Virus record (IMG/VR): IMGVR_UViG_2667527717_000002
Source: a virus
Lineage: Duplodnaviria; Heunggongvirae; Uroviricota; Caudoviricetes
Length of the DNA: 15,565 bases
Strand: one strand, 5' to 3'
Shown here: piece by piece, positions 8,201-15,565 of the stretch
Layout: each line of letters starts with the position of its first letter
How positions within the stretch are numbered: the first letter of the stretch is position 1
Program-made: the position numbers and the translations under genes
Notes under the pieces: generated by a model
The model's database searches: none
Seen by the model: the letters and a program-made list of their open reading frames with translations, nothing else
What the model was told of the DNA's origin: nothing

Positions 8201-8706
8201 ACCACCACCGAGGCCAGATACTGCGAGGTGGTTTTGCCCTTAATGGTGATGTCTTTTTCCGTCACCCAGCCACCGTTACGTTGTATCTGAACCAGCAGAC
8301 GGACTTCCGACGGATTCCTGTCCCCCTTTGAGGTGGTTTCCACCAGTGCCTGTACACCGAAGGTAAAGCGCAGACGGTCGATGTTTGCAGACGTAATGGT
8401 GCGGGTGATCGGCGTGTCATATTTCACTTCCGTACCCAGCACCGTCTCGGAGCCGGAGGATTCAAACCCCTCCGGCGGTGTCTGCTCCTGCTCACCGGCA
8501 CGGAACACCACCGTGACACCGGAGATGTTGGTATTCCCCTCAGTGTCCAGCACCGGCGTACTGTTCAGCAGCACGCTTTTTAATCCATCCACCGGACCTT
8601 CAACCGGCCCTTCGCTGATGGCATCGATCACACTCAGCAACTGCGTGGACTTCAGGTTGTCCTTCGCTTCGCGCGGGGTATGCCCCTTACTGCTTCCTTT
8701 ACCCAT
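5227..8706 (-). CDS. J: Tail tip, central fibre, host-specificity protein J
   Basis: 1159 aa beginning [34 protein letters not shown]...; most of the length is close to lambda J as I recall it. GTGAGGA upstream of the ATG. Confidence 0.95.
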   Translation of the reverse strand: MGKGSSKGHTPREAKDNLKSTQLLSVIDAISEGPVEGPVDGLKSVLLNSTPVLDTEGNTNISGVTVVFRAGEQEQTPPEGFESSGSETVLGTEVKYDTPITRTITSANIDRLRFTFGVQALVETTSKGDRNPSEVRLLVQIQRNGGWVTEKDITIKGKTTSQYLASVVVGSLPPRPFNIRMRRMTPDSTTDQLQNKTLWSSYTEIIDVKQCYPNTALVGVQVDSEQFGSQQVSRNYHLRGRILQVPSNYNPQTRQYSGIWDGTFKPAYSNNPAWCLWDMLTHPRYGMGKRLCAADVDKWALYVIGQYCDQSVPDGFGGTEPRITCNAYLTTQRKAWDVLSDFCSAMRCMPVWNGQTLTFVQDRPSDKVWTYNRSNVVMPDDGAPFRYSFSALKDRHNAVEVNWIDPNNGWETATELVEDTQAIARYGRNVTKMDAFGCTSRGQAHRAGLWLIKTELLETQTVDFSVGAEGLRHVPGDVIEICDDDYAGISTGGRVLAVNSQTRTLTLDREITLPSSGTTLISLVDGSGNPVSVEVQSVTDGVKVKVSRVPDGVAEYSVWGLKLPTLRQRLFRCVSIRENDDGTYAITAVQHVPEKEAIVDNGAHFDGDQSGTVNGVTPPAVQHLTAEVTADSGEYQVLARWDTPKVVKGVSFLLRLTVAADDGSERLVSTARTTETTYRFRQLALGRYTLTVRAVNAWGQQGDPASVSFRIAAPAAPSRIELTPGYFQITATPHLAVYDPTVQFEFWFSETRITDIRQVETTARYLGTALYWIAASINIKPGHDYYFYIRSVNTVGKSAFVEAVGQPSDDASGYLDFFKGEIGKSHLAQELWTQIDNGQLAPDLAEIRTSITDVSNEITQTVNKKLEDQSAAIQQIQKVQVDTNNNLNSMWAVKLQQMQDGRLYIAGIGAGIENTPDGMQSQVLLAADRIAMVNPANGNTKPMFVGQGDQIFMNEVFLKYLTAPTITSGGNPPAFSLTPDGRLTAKNADISGNVNANSGTLNNVTINENCRVLGKLSANQIEGDLVKTVGKAFPRDSRAPERWPSGTITVRVYDDQPFDRQIVIPAVAFSGAKHEREHTDIYSSCRLIVRKNGAEIYNRTALDNTLIYSGVIDMPAGHGHMTLEFSVSAWLVNDWYPTASISDLLVVVMKKATAGISIS

Positions 8707-8728
8707 TCCTCACGCTCCATAAATGACA

Positions 8729-8748
8729 AAACCGCCCGCAGGCGGTTT
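8729..8748 (-). promoter_or_regulatory. GC-rich hairpin with a U-tract in the I-J intergenic spacer (candidate attenuator or RNA-processing structure)
   Basis: Plus strand aaccgccc-gca-ggcggtt: 6 to 8 bp stem; on the minus-strand transcript it is followed by UUUUGUCAUUU and then the J ribosome-binding site. Confidence 0.35.
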
Positions 8749-8766
8749 CACATAAAACATTTTGCA

Positions 8767-9438
8767 TCAGCGACCAATCACCACAACCTGACCACCGTCC
8801 CCTTCGTCTGCCGTGCTGATCTCCTGAGAAACCACGCGTGACCCCACGCGCATTTCCCCGTACAGAACAGGCAGAACATTGCCCTGGGCAACCATGTTAT
8901 CCAGTGAAGAGAAATAGGTGTTCTGCTTACCGTTATCCGTTGTCTGTGTACGGGGAGTTCTGGCTTTCGGTGCCAGCATCTGCGCCACACCACCGAGCAC
9001 CATACTGGCACCGAGAGAAAACAGGATGCCGGTCATACCACCGGCCCCAATGGCTGCCCCCCATGCTGCAAGGGTGGCTCCGGCGGTAAAGAATGATCCG
9101 GCAATGGCGGCAGCCCCCAGGACAATCTGGAATACGCCACCTGACTTGGCCCCGGCGACTCTGGGAACAATATGAATCACAGCGCCATCAGGCAGAGTCT
9201 CATGTAACTGCGCCGTTAACCCGGACGTGCTGACGTCCCGCCCGGCAATCCGTACCTGATACCAGCCGTCGCTCAGTTTCTGACGAAACGCCGGGAGCTG
9301 TGTGACCAGTGCCCGGATGGCTTCAGCCCCCGTTTTCACACGAAGGTCGATGCGGCGACCAAATCGTTGTAAATCCCCGTAAAGGCAGATGCGCGCCATG
9401 CCCGGTGACGCCAGAGGGAGTGTGTGCGTCGCTGCCAT
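8767..9438 (-). CDS. I: Tail assembly protein I
   Basis: 223 aa, MAATHTLPLASPGMARICLYGDLQRFGRRIDLRVKTGAEAIRAL..., with a Gly/Ala-rich hydrophobic C-terminal half; lambda gpI-like in sequence and position. Its 5' end overlaps the 3' end of K by about 100 nt. Confidence 0.9.
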   Translation of the reverse strand: MAATHTLPLASPGMARICLYGDLQRFGRRIDLRVKTGAEAIRALVTQLPAFRQKLSDGWYQVRIAGRDVSTSGLTAQLHETLPDGAVIHIVPRVAGAKSGGVFQIVLGAAAIAGSFFTAGATLAAWGAAIGAGGMTGILFSLGASMVLGGVAQMLAPKARTPRTQTTDNGKQNTYFSSLDNMVAQGNVLPVLYGEMRVGSRVVSQEISTADEGDGGQVVVIGR

Positions 9439-10079
9439 TTGTCGGTGTACCTCTCTCGTTTGCTCAGTTGTTCAGGAATATGGTGCAGCAGCTCGCCGTC
9501 ACCACAGTAAATGGCGGCATGATTCGGCACCGATGAACCAAAACAGCACAGCAGCACATCGCCCGGCTGCGCCGCTGACAACGGCACCTGATACAGCCCT
9601 GTGGCCTCCAGATTATCCAGATAGAGATTCTGGCCGTTACGCCACCAGTCATCCTCACGATGAAAGTCCGGCATCTCAATCCCCGCCAGATGGTAAGCGT
9701 CCCGGAACAGCGTGTAACAGTCCGTCACCCCGTGCTCAAAGCGCCGCCCGGTGAGATGCGGCACACAGCGGAACTTATGAATCGCCCCCCGGCAGACCAG
9801 CCACCACGGCAAATCACTCTGCACCTGCAGCCGCCGGTCGGCCTCACTCAGCCAGGGCAGACCACCGGGATGACTGTGGACCAGCGCCACAATCTCACCC
9901 TGCATTTCTGCCTGCAGCCAGTCCTCCGGCGACATCCGGAAATAATCCTCCGGCTCACCGGAGATATTCACGCAGGGAAAATATCTTTCCCCCTCCGGCG
10001 TTCTCACCACGAAGCCGCACGACTCCGCTGGCGCACATCGCCGGGCGTGCGCCAGAATCGCTGATTCTGTCTCTGTCAT
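9336..10079 (-). CDS. K: Tail assembly protein K (JAMM/MPN metalloprotease-like domain plus NlpC/P60-like domain)
   Basis: Start taken at the ATG at 10077-10079 (MTETESAILAHARRCAP...), 4 nt after the L stop; the track ORF extends further to 10154 across L. HSHPGG...SEAD is a JAMM-type motif and ...GVTDCYTLFRDAYH...NHAAIY has the Cys/His arrangement of NlpC/P60. Confidence 0.9.
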   Translation of the reverse strand: MTETESAILAHARRCAPAESCGFVVRTPEGERYFPCVNISGEPEDYFRMSPEDWLQAEMQGEIVALVHSHPGGLPWLSEADRRLQVQSDLPWWLVCRGAIHKFRCVPHLTGRRFEHGVTDCYTLFRDAYHLAGIEMPDFHREDDWWRNGQNLYLDNLEATGLYQVPLSAAQPGDVLLCCFGSSVPNHAAIYCGDGELLHHIPEQLSKRERYTDKWQRRTHSLWRHRAWRASAFTGIYNDLVAASTFV

Positions 10080-10083
10080 GGGA

Positions 10084-10782
10084 TTACTGCGAAAGTTTGT
10101 TAATGGAAAGGAAGCCGCCAAAGTTGCCGACGTTATTGCGGAACTTACAGCCACTCAGGCATTTGCTGCATTTATCCTTCGTGATATCGGACGTCGGCTG
10201 GTCATATTCATCCGCGACCGCCGGACCGCTATAACCGCACTCATCACCGCGATAGGTCCAGGTGCAGGTGTTGGCCAGCATGATGCGCCCCGGAAAAACA
10301 GCACCATCCGTTTCCGTCGGCGTGGACAACACAAAGGAGGCACTGACCGCGCTCAGTTCGCTGCACTGCTCGACGCGCCAGCGGCTGATCACCTCCTGCT
10401 CCGGATCGGCATCACTGTTTCCGTTGACGAAATTCACCGCATCCAGAAAACGGGCGTAAACCTTACGCCTGACCACCGTTCCGCCGACCAGACTCTGCAG
10501 ATCTTCCACCATCCCGGTGACCATACCGTACAGGTTAGAAACCGTCAGCGTGGGGCGCGTACTGGTGCCTTTGCCATTCAGTTCAAAACCGCTCCCCTGA
10601 ATGGGATACGCCTGATACTGTCGCCCCTGCCAGGTGACCGGCTCACCTTTTTCGTTCTGCTCATTACAGAAAAAATAACGCTCTCCACCGACCTCTGTCA
10701 GATCGATTTCCCAGAGCACCACGCTGGCCGACTGCTCCGCACGGGTGCATTCATTCAGTGTTTCCTGCCGGATATCCTGCAT
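10084..10782 (-). CDS. L: Minor tail protein L
   Basis: 232 aa, MQDIRQETLNECTRAEQSASVVLWEIDLTEVGGERYFFCNEQNE...; C-terminal cysteine cluster (C...CSKCLSGC) consistent with the Fe-S site reported for gpL. Start ATG overlaps the M stop by 1 nt. Confidence 0.9.
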   Translation of the reverse strand: MQDIRQETLNECTRAEQSASVVLWEIDLTEVGGERYFFCNEQNEKGEPVTWQGRQYQAYPIQGSGFELNGKGTSTRPTLTVSNLYGMVTGMVEDLQSLVGGTVVRRKVYARFLDAVNFVNGNSDADPEQEVISRWRVEQCSELSAVSASFVLSTPTETDGAVFPGRIMLANTCTWTYRGDECGYSGPAVADEYDQPTSDITKDKCSKCLSGCKFRNNVGNFGGFLSINKLSQ

Positions 10783-11111
10783 CAGTTCACCACCTGTTTA
10801 AACTCTGCGCTGAACTCAACACGCAACATACTGACCTGCGACGACCATTTTGCGCAGGTCACCTTTATCTGCCTGTAACCATAAGGCGGCGTCCACAGAA
10901 AGGCCTTCCAGCCCCCGTGCTCAGCCAGAAACGACTCCAGCGCCGTGGCCTCCTCACGGGAGACAGACAGCGTCACGCTGTACGTTTTCAGGTCAGCGTT
11001 CAGCCCGGCAGGCGCACGCTGGGAATAGCCATCACCAAAGCGCACCTCCCTGACGGAAGGAGCCGATGTCACATCCATCCCGGGTTTCACTTTCCAGCGG
11101 AAGGTTTTCAT
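10782..11111 (-). CDS. M: Minor tail protein M
   Basis: 109 aa, MKTFRWKVKPGMDVTSAPSVREVRFGDGYSQRAPAGLNADLKTYSVTLSV...; ATGA overlap with the H stop. Confidence 0.9.
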   Translation of the reverse strand: MKTFRWKVKPGMDVTSAPSVREVRFGDGYSQRAPAGLNADLKTYSVTLSVSREEATALESFLAEHGGWKAFLWTPPYGYRQIKVTCAKWSSQVSMLRVEFSAEFKQVVN

Positions 11112-13669
11112 CGTCCACCTCCGGAGAACAGACCACCATCGCGCATCTGTGCCTGGATTTCATCACGGGCACCCTTGCGGGCCATGTCATACACCGCCTT
11201 CATCATCTGTGGACCTGGCAGACCATTCGTACCGTCGTTCTGAATCACCACGTTGTTGTTCTGCTCAAACCTGATACCCTCTGAACGCCGCATTTGCGCC
11301 GGACTTCCGGTGCCACCGACATAACCGCCGGTGGCATAGCCGCGCATCAGCCGGTAGAGATTTCCCACGCCAATCCGGCTGGTTGCCTCCTTCGTGAAGA
11401 CAAATTCACCACGGTGAACAATCCCCGCTGGCTCATATTTGCCGCCGGTTCCCGTAAATCCTCCGGTTGCAAAATGGAGTTTCGCCGCAGCGGCCTGAAT
11501 GGCTGTACCGCCTGACGCGGATGCGCCGCCACCAACAGCCCCGCCAATAGCGCTGCCGATACTCCCGACAATCCCCACCATTGCCTGCTTAAGCAGAATT
11601 TCTGTCATCATGGACAGCACGGAACGGGTGAAGCTGCGCCAGTTCTGTTCACTGCCGGTCAGCATCGCCGCCATATTCTGTGCAATACCATCAAAGGTCT
11701 GCGTGGCAGCACTTTTTACCTGCGACATACTGTCCGTGGCGCTCTCTTCCCACTCACTCCAGCCGGACTTCAGGCCTGCCATCCAGCTCCCGCGAAGCTG
11801 GTCTTCAGCCGCCCAGGTCTTTTTCTGCTCTGACATGACGTTATTCAGCGCCAGCGGATTATCGCCATACTGTTCCTTCAGGCGCTGTTCCGTGGCTTCC
11901 CGCGCTGCCTGCCGGTCAGTCAGCCCCCGGTTTTTTGCATCAATGGCGGCCCGTTTTGCCCGTTGCTGCTGTGCGAATTTATCCGCCTGCTGCGCCAGCG
12001 CATTCAGGTGCTCCTGATACGTGACCTTATCGCCAAGTGCAGCCAGCTGGCGCTTGTACTCCAGCGTCTCGTCTTTATGCGCCAGCAGGGATTTCTCCTG
12101 TGCAGACAGCTGGCGACGTTGCGCCGCCTCCTCCAGTACCGCGAACTGATTCTCCGCCTTCCACAAATCCCGGCGCTGCTGGCTGATTTTCTCATTCGCT
12201 ACGGCATGCTTCTCCAGCGTCCGGAGTTCTGCCTGAAGCGTCAGCAGGGCAGCATGAGCACTGTCTTCCTGACGATCGCCCGCAGACACCTTCACGCCGG
12301 ACTGCTTCGGCTTTTTCAGCGTCGATTCATAATCCTTTTTCGCTGCCGCCATCAGCGTGTTGTAATCTGCCTGCAGGATTTTCCCGTCTTTCAGTGCCTT
12401 ATTCAGTTCTTCCTGACGGGCGGTATATTTCTCCAGCGGCGTCTGCAGGCGTTCGTAAGCCTTCTGCGCCTCTTCGGTATATTTAAGCCGTGACGCTTCG
12501 GTATCGCTCTGCTGCTGCGCATTTTTGTCCTGTTGAGTCTGCTGCTCAGCCTTCTTTCGGGCGGCTTCAAGCGCAAGACGGGCCTTTTCACGATCATCCC
12601 AGTAACGCGCCCGCGCTTCATCGTTAACAAAATAATCATCCTTGCGCAGATTCCAGATGTCGTCTGCTTTCTTAAACGCAGCCTCTGCCTTAATCAGCAT
12701 CTCCTGAGCGGTATCAGGACGACCAATATCCAGCACCGCATCCCACATGGATTTGAATTCCCGTGCTGTCCTGTCTGCCCAGGTCTCCAGCGTGCCCATG
12801 TTCTCTTTCAGGCGGCGGGTCTGGTCATCAAACCCTTTCGTTGCGGCCTCGTTCGCCGCCTGCAATGCCCCTGCCTCATCGCCGGAACGCTGCAACTGAG
12901 CGACATACGCAATCTGCTCCGCCGTCACGTTATGGAACTGGCGTGCCATCGCCGTCAGCCCCGACGTCGGGTCTGTGGTCAGCTTCCCGAAGGCTTCAGC
13001 GACCTTGTCCACCTCCACGCCGGATGCAGAGGAGAAACGCGCCACACTCTGGCTGATGGATGCAATCTGAGCCTCACCGCTTACTCCCGCCTTAACCAGT
13101 GCGCTGAGTGACTCGCTGGTCTGGTTAAACGTCAGCCCTGCCGCCTGCCCGGCTCTGGACAGGACCAGCATACGATCTGCCGTCAGTCCTGCCTGATTAC
13201 CGGAAAGGACCAGCGTTTTGTTGAAATCGGACAGGGTTGAGTTGCCCTGATACCAGGCATACGCCAGCGCACCGGTCGCCACCGCCAGCGAGGTGGCCCC
13301 GACCATCGGCAGGGTGATCGCACCGGCAAGCCCCCTGAACATGGGGATCATCCCGCCGAAGGAGTCCTTCACCTGACCACCCTGTTGCAGCAGGATCAGC
13401 CACGGACTTTGCCCGCCTGCAAGCTGCGTGGCCACGTCGGTGAACTGTGCAGGCAGCATACGCATGGCGGCTTTATACTGCCCGACGGAAATCCCCGCTT
13501 TCTGTGCAGCCAGCGCCTGTCGGCTCAGCGACTGTTCAACGACTGCCGCTGTTTTTTTCGCATCACTTTCCGTACCGGAAAAATGACGCCTGACTCTGGC
13601 CATCTGCTCGTCAAACCTGGCCGCATCCAGACTTAAATCAACGACCAGATCGCCTACCGGTTCAGCCAT
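11108..13669 (-). CDS. H: Tail tape measure protein H
   Basis: 853 aa, the same length as lambda gpH; long Ala/Gln/Lys/Glu-rich helical core and Gly-rich C-terminus (GGAVGGGASASGG...LFSGGGR). Its start overlaps the 3' end of the T frame. Confidence 0.95.
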   Translation of the reverse strand: MAEPVGDLVVDLSLDAARFDEQMARVRRHFSGTESDAKKTAAVVEQSLSRQALAAQKAGISVGQYKAAMRMLPAQFTDVATQLAGGQSPWLILLQQGGQVKDSFGGMIPMFRGLAGAITLPMVGATSLAVATGALAYAWYQGNSTLSDFNKTLVLSGNQAGLTADRMLVLSRAGQAAGLTFNQTSESLSALVKAGVSGEAQIASISQSVARFSSASGVEVDKVAEAFGKLTTDPTSGLTAMARQFHNVTAEQIAYVAQLQRSGDEAGALQAANEAATKGFDDQTRRLKENMGTLETWADRTAREFKSMWDAVLDIGRPDTAQEMLIKAEAAFKKADDIWNLRKDDYFVNDEARARYWDDREKARLALEAARKKAEQQTQQDKNAQQQSDTEASRLKYTEEAQKAYERLQTPLEKYTARQEELNKALKDGKILQADYNTLMAAAKKDYESTLKKPKQSGVKVSAGDRQEDSAHAALLTLQAELRTLEKHAVANEKISQQRRDLWKAENQFAVLEEAAQRRQLSAQEKSLLAHKDETLEYKRQLAALGDKVTYQEHLNALAQQADKFAQQQRAKRAAIDAKNRGLTDRQAAREATEQRLKEQYGDNPLALNNVMSEQKKTWAAEDQLRGSWMAGLKSGWSEWEESATDSMSQVKSAATQTFDGIAQNMAAMLTGSEQNWRSFTRSVLSMMTEILLKQAMVGIVGSIGSAIGGAVGGGASASGGTAIQAAAAKLHFATGGFTGTGGKYEPAGIVHRGEFVFTKEATSRIGVGNLYRLMRGYATGGYVGGTGSPAQMRRSEGIRFEQNNNVVIQNDGTNGLPGPQMMKAVYDMARKGARDEIQAQMRDGGLFSGGGR

Positions 13670-14500
13670 ACCGGACTCCTCCTGCGATCCCTTCTGATAC
13701 TGTCATCAGCATTACGTCATCCTCCGTCATTTCAGCCACATCCGGGGAAGCGCGGATAACTTCATTCCCGTCCGGACCAAAGCGGACGCCTCCGGCAAGC
13801 CCTGCCGCTTTCTGCATCAGCACATCATCTTCAGGCTCTTCGTCAGCCTCACGCCGGTTCAGCAGACTGAAATCCAGCGGATGCATATCCGGATCGCTGA
13901 AAAACAGGCTGAGTACGGTGTACGTCAGCCCGGAAAAGTGCATATCCAGCAGAACATCATGAAAATAATGGGTACTGTAAAAGCGGTGCCAGTCGGCGTA
14001 CTCCGTGGATGACATCCCGGCAAGCATGGCGCGCCAGTCGGGTCGCCCCATCTCTCGCGCCAGTTTCAGGGCAAAACTCAGCTCACCGTCGAACACTTTC
14101 CCGCAGAAACAGGCTCTGCAGGCCCGGCGTCATCTGCCTGTTCAGGAGCATCATTCACCACAAACTCATACATACCGGACAGCCGGTACACCACGTTTTC
14201 AGCATGAGAAATTGCCTCTGTGGGCCAGGTGGTAAGCACTTCCTGCTCAATCTGCGTAACGGCTTCATTCATGGACGGCTGCTTTGTCTTCTGTGGATGG
14301 TTATGCCACAGGGACATCGCCACCACAAAAGCACCGGTTCTGATGGCGTCTTCCACAGTAAACTTCCGGTTGCTGTCTGACTCCGCCTGTTCTGCCTGCC
14401 GTTTCATCAGGGCGAGATGCTCAATACGCTGCAGGGCTGACAGTTCAGAAAGCGTGACGGTCACGCCGTTATGTTCAAATGATTCTGTTTTCAGGAACAT
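13662..14500 (-). CDS. T: Tail assembly chaperone G-T fusion, made by a programmed -1 ribosomal frameshift near the end of G
   Basis: The -1 frame ORF (track 13662..14096) overlaps the 3' end of G, and the G GGA AAG slippery heptamer sits at minus 14102..14096 in the G frame. After the slip the reading is GKVFDGELSFALKLAREMGRP...IAGGVRYG. Confidence 0.85.
14078..14500 (-). CDS. G: Tail assembly chaperone G
   Basis: 140 aa, MFLKTESFEHNGVTVTLSELSALQRIEHLALMKRQAEQAESDSNRKF...AGKCSTVS, matching lambda gpG as I recall it. Confidence 0.9.
   Translation of the reverse strand: MFLKTESFEHNGVTVTLSELSALQRIEHLALMKRQAEQAESDSNRKFTVEDAIRTGAFVVAMSLWHNHPQKTKQPSMNEAVTQIEQEVLTTWPTEAISHAENVVYRLSGMYEFVVNDAPEQADDAGPAEPVSAGKCSTVS
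14096..14102 (-). promoter_or_regulatory. Slippery heptanucleotide G GGA AAG for the G to G-T -1 frameshift
   Basis: Read directly: plus 14096-14102 ctttccc is GGGAAAG on the minus strand, positioned as X XXY YYZ in the G frame (gcG GGA AAG). Confidence 0.8.
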
Positions 14501-14515
14501 CGCTGACTCTCCGGA

Positions 14516-15256
14516 TTAACTGGCGGTGACGGTGATTTCTGCAACCGCAGCAAACTCACCATTACCGGATACAACCGGAATGTTGACCTTGCCTGCAGCA
14601 ACGCCGTTCACGGTGATGATCATACCACTGACCGACACGGTGGCTTTTGTTTTATCCGCTGACACCGCACGGAAGCTCTTGTCGGTTGCGCCTTCCGGCT
14701 GGAATGCCACGGTCAGCGTCGTGCTCTGCCCTTTCACTACGGAAGCACTGGCTGGCGTTACCGTCATGCCGGTGGCCGCTGTTACCGTGCTGCGATCTTC
14801 TGCCATCGACGGGCGTCCCACATTGGTGACCTTCACCGTGCGGGTGATCACTTCCTTCGCCGTCACCGCTTTACCGATACTGCTGACCCAGCCACGGAAC
14901 ACATCGACCGTGCCGTTCGGGAAGCGGATTTTATAGGCACGGGTATCACCTTCATTAAACCACGCCAGCAGCGCCTGCTGCCCCTGCTCTCCGGGCATCC
15001 ACGCCAGCGTGAAGCTGGTATCTCCGGCTGATTTCTGCCCCTGCCCGGTCGCAGTCCAGTCCGCATCCTCATCATCGAGATAACTGTCGTCATAGGAATC
15101 AGCGGTCAGTTCGCCGGGCGTCAGGTCTTTAACTTTTGCCAGACGCGACCAGTCAACGTCTGAAAGCGGGTTCGCATAAGGGTCACCGTTCCCCTTATAA
15201 ACCCACAGTGTGGTCCCGGCCCCTTTCACCGGCATTGTAGGATTTGGTACAGGCAT
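14516..15256 (-). CDS. V: Major tail tube protein V, with a C-terminal Ig-like (Big_2-type) domain
   Basis: Start taken at the ATG at 15254-15256 ([22 protein letters not shown]...), with GAGGA upstream; the track ORF extends 10 codons further into U. The C-terminal ~90 aa (...[90 protein letters not shown]) look Ig-like. Confidence 0.95.
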   Translation of the reverse strand: MPVPNPTMPVKGAGTTLWVYKGNGDPYANPLSDVDWSRLAKVKDLTPGELTADSYDDSYLDDEDADWTATGQGQKSAGDTSFTLAWMPGEQGQQALLAWFNEGDTRAYKIRFPNGTVDVFRGWVSSIGKAVTAKEVITRTVKVTNVGRPSMAEDRSTVTAATGMTVTPASASVVKGQSTTLTVAFQPEGATDKSFRAVSADKTKATVSVSGMIITVNGVAAGKVNIPVVSGNGEFAAVAEITVTAS

Positions 15257-15263
15257 AGCGTCC

Positions 15264-15419
15264 TCACATTTCATAGGTAATGACATACGTCAGATCGGCT
15301 GAACTCCACAGGCCCGCATCATCGTCGCGTCGGTAGTCATAGCCACTGGCCACCATACTGGTGATCAAATCTGACAGTGCCGGAATATCGCTCATCACCG
15401 GATAAATCCGGGACTCCAT
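15264..15419 (-). pseudogene. U: 3' remnant of tail terminator gene U (about the last 51 codons); the 5' part is absent
   Basis: Minus-strand translation ending at the TGA at 15264-15266 reads ...[51 protein letters not shown], matching the C-terminus of lambda gpU as I recall it. Going upstream, the frame hits an in-frame TAA (plus 15447-15449) 9 codons before the first Met, so only about 52 codons of the expected ~131 are present. Confidence 0.7.
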
Positions 15420-15565
15420 CCACGCTGGATACACTGAAAGGCCAGCTTAGCCCACAGCGAGTGGCGATCATTAATAATGCTTTGGGTAATGGGACGCTGG
15501 CTAACTTAACGCTCAGCCCAACAGAGCAGCAATACGTTGTTAATGCTAATGACGCAATAATGGCA

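Noticed and set aside
9336-10154. Longer K ORF starting at 10154
   Set aside because: The extension runs across the 3' end of L; the ATG at 10079, 4 nt after the L stop, gives the expected K N-terminus.
14516-15286. Longer V ORF starting at 15286 ([14 protein letters not shown]...)
   Set aside because: The extra 10 codons overlap the 3' end of U and lack a ribosome-binding site, whereas the internal ATG at 15256 has GAGGA upstream and gives the lambda V N-terminus.

Overview
This window is the tail-morphogenesis half of a lambda-like (lambdoid) siphovirus prophage, almost certainly in an enterobacterial host, and every gene I support is on the minus strand. Reading from the right end leftward: a 3' remnant of the tail terminator gene U, then V, G and the G-T frameshift product, H, M, L, K, I, J, lom, a side tail fibre (stf-like) gene, two tightly coupled downstream genes (93 aa and 346 aa), a small membrane protein gene, and about 350 bp of AT-rich non-coding DNA. 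The V-to-J block is lambda-like in order, gene lengths and, as far as I can recall the lambda proteins, in sequence; no database search was possible. The most interesting parts are the two ends. At the left, the fibre gene has a lambda-like N-terminus, an Ala/Ser/Thr-rich tandem-repeat shaft and a lower-GC C-terminal domain that is unlike lambda Stf, followed by a small acidic protein where lambda has tfa, and a second fibre-like protein with a C-terminal self-cleaving chaperone-type domain. At the right, similarity to U stops abruptly about 52 codons from its 3' end, so the prophage appears truncated or recombined there. I found no rRNA, tRNA, CRISPR array or recognisable transposase, and nothing resembling a known defence system.
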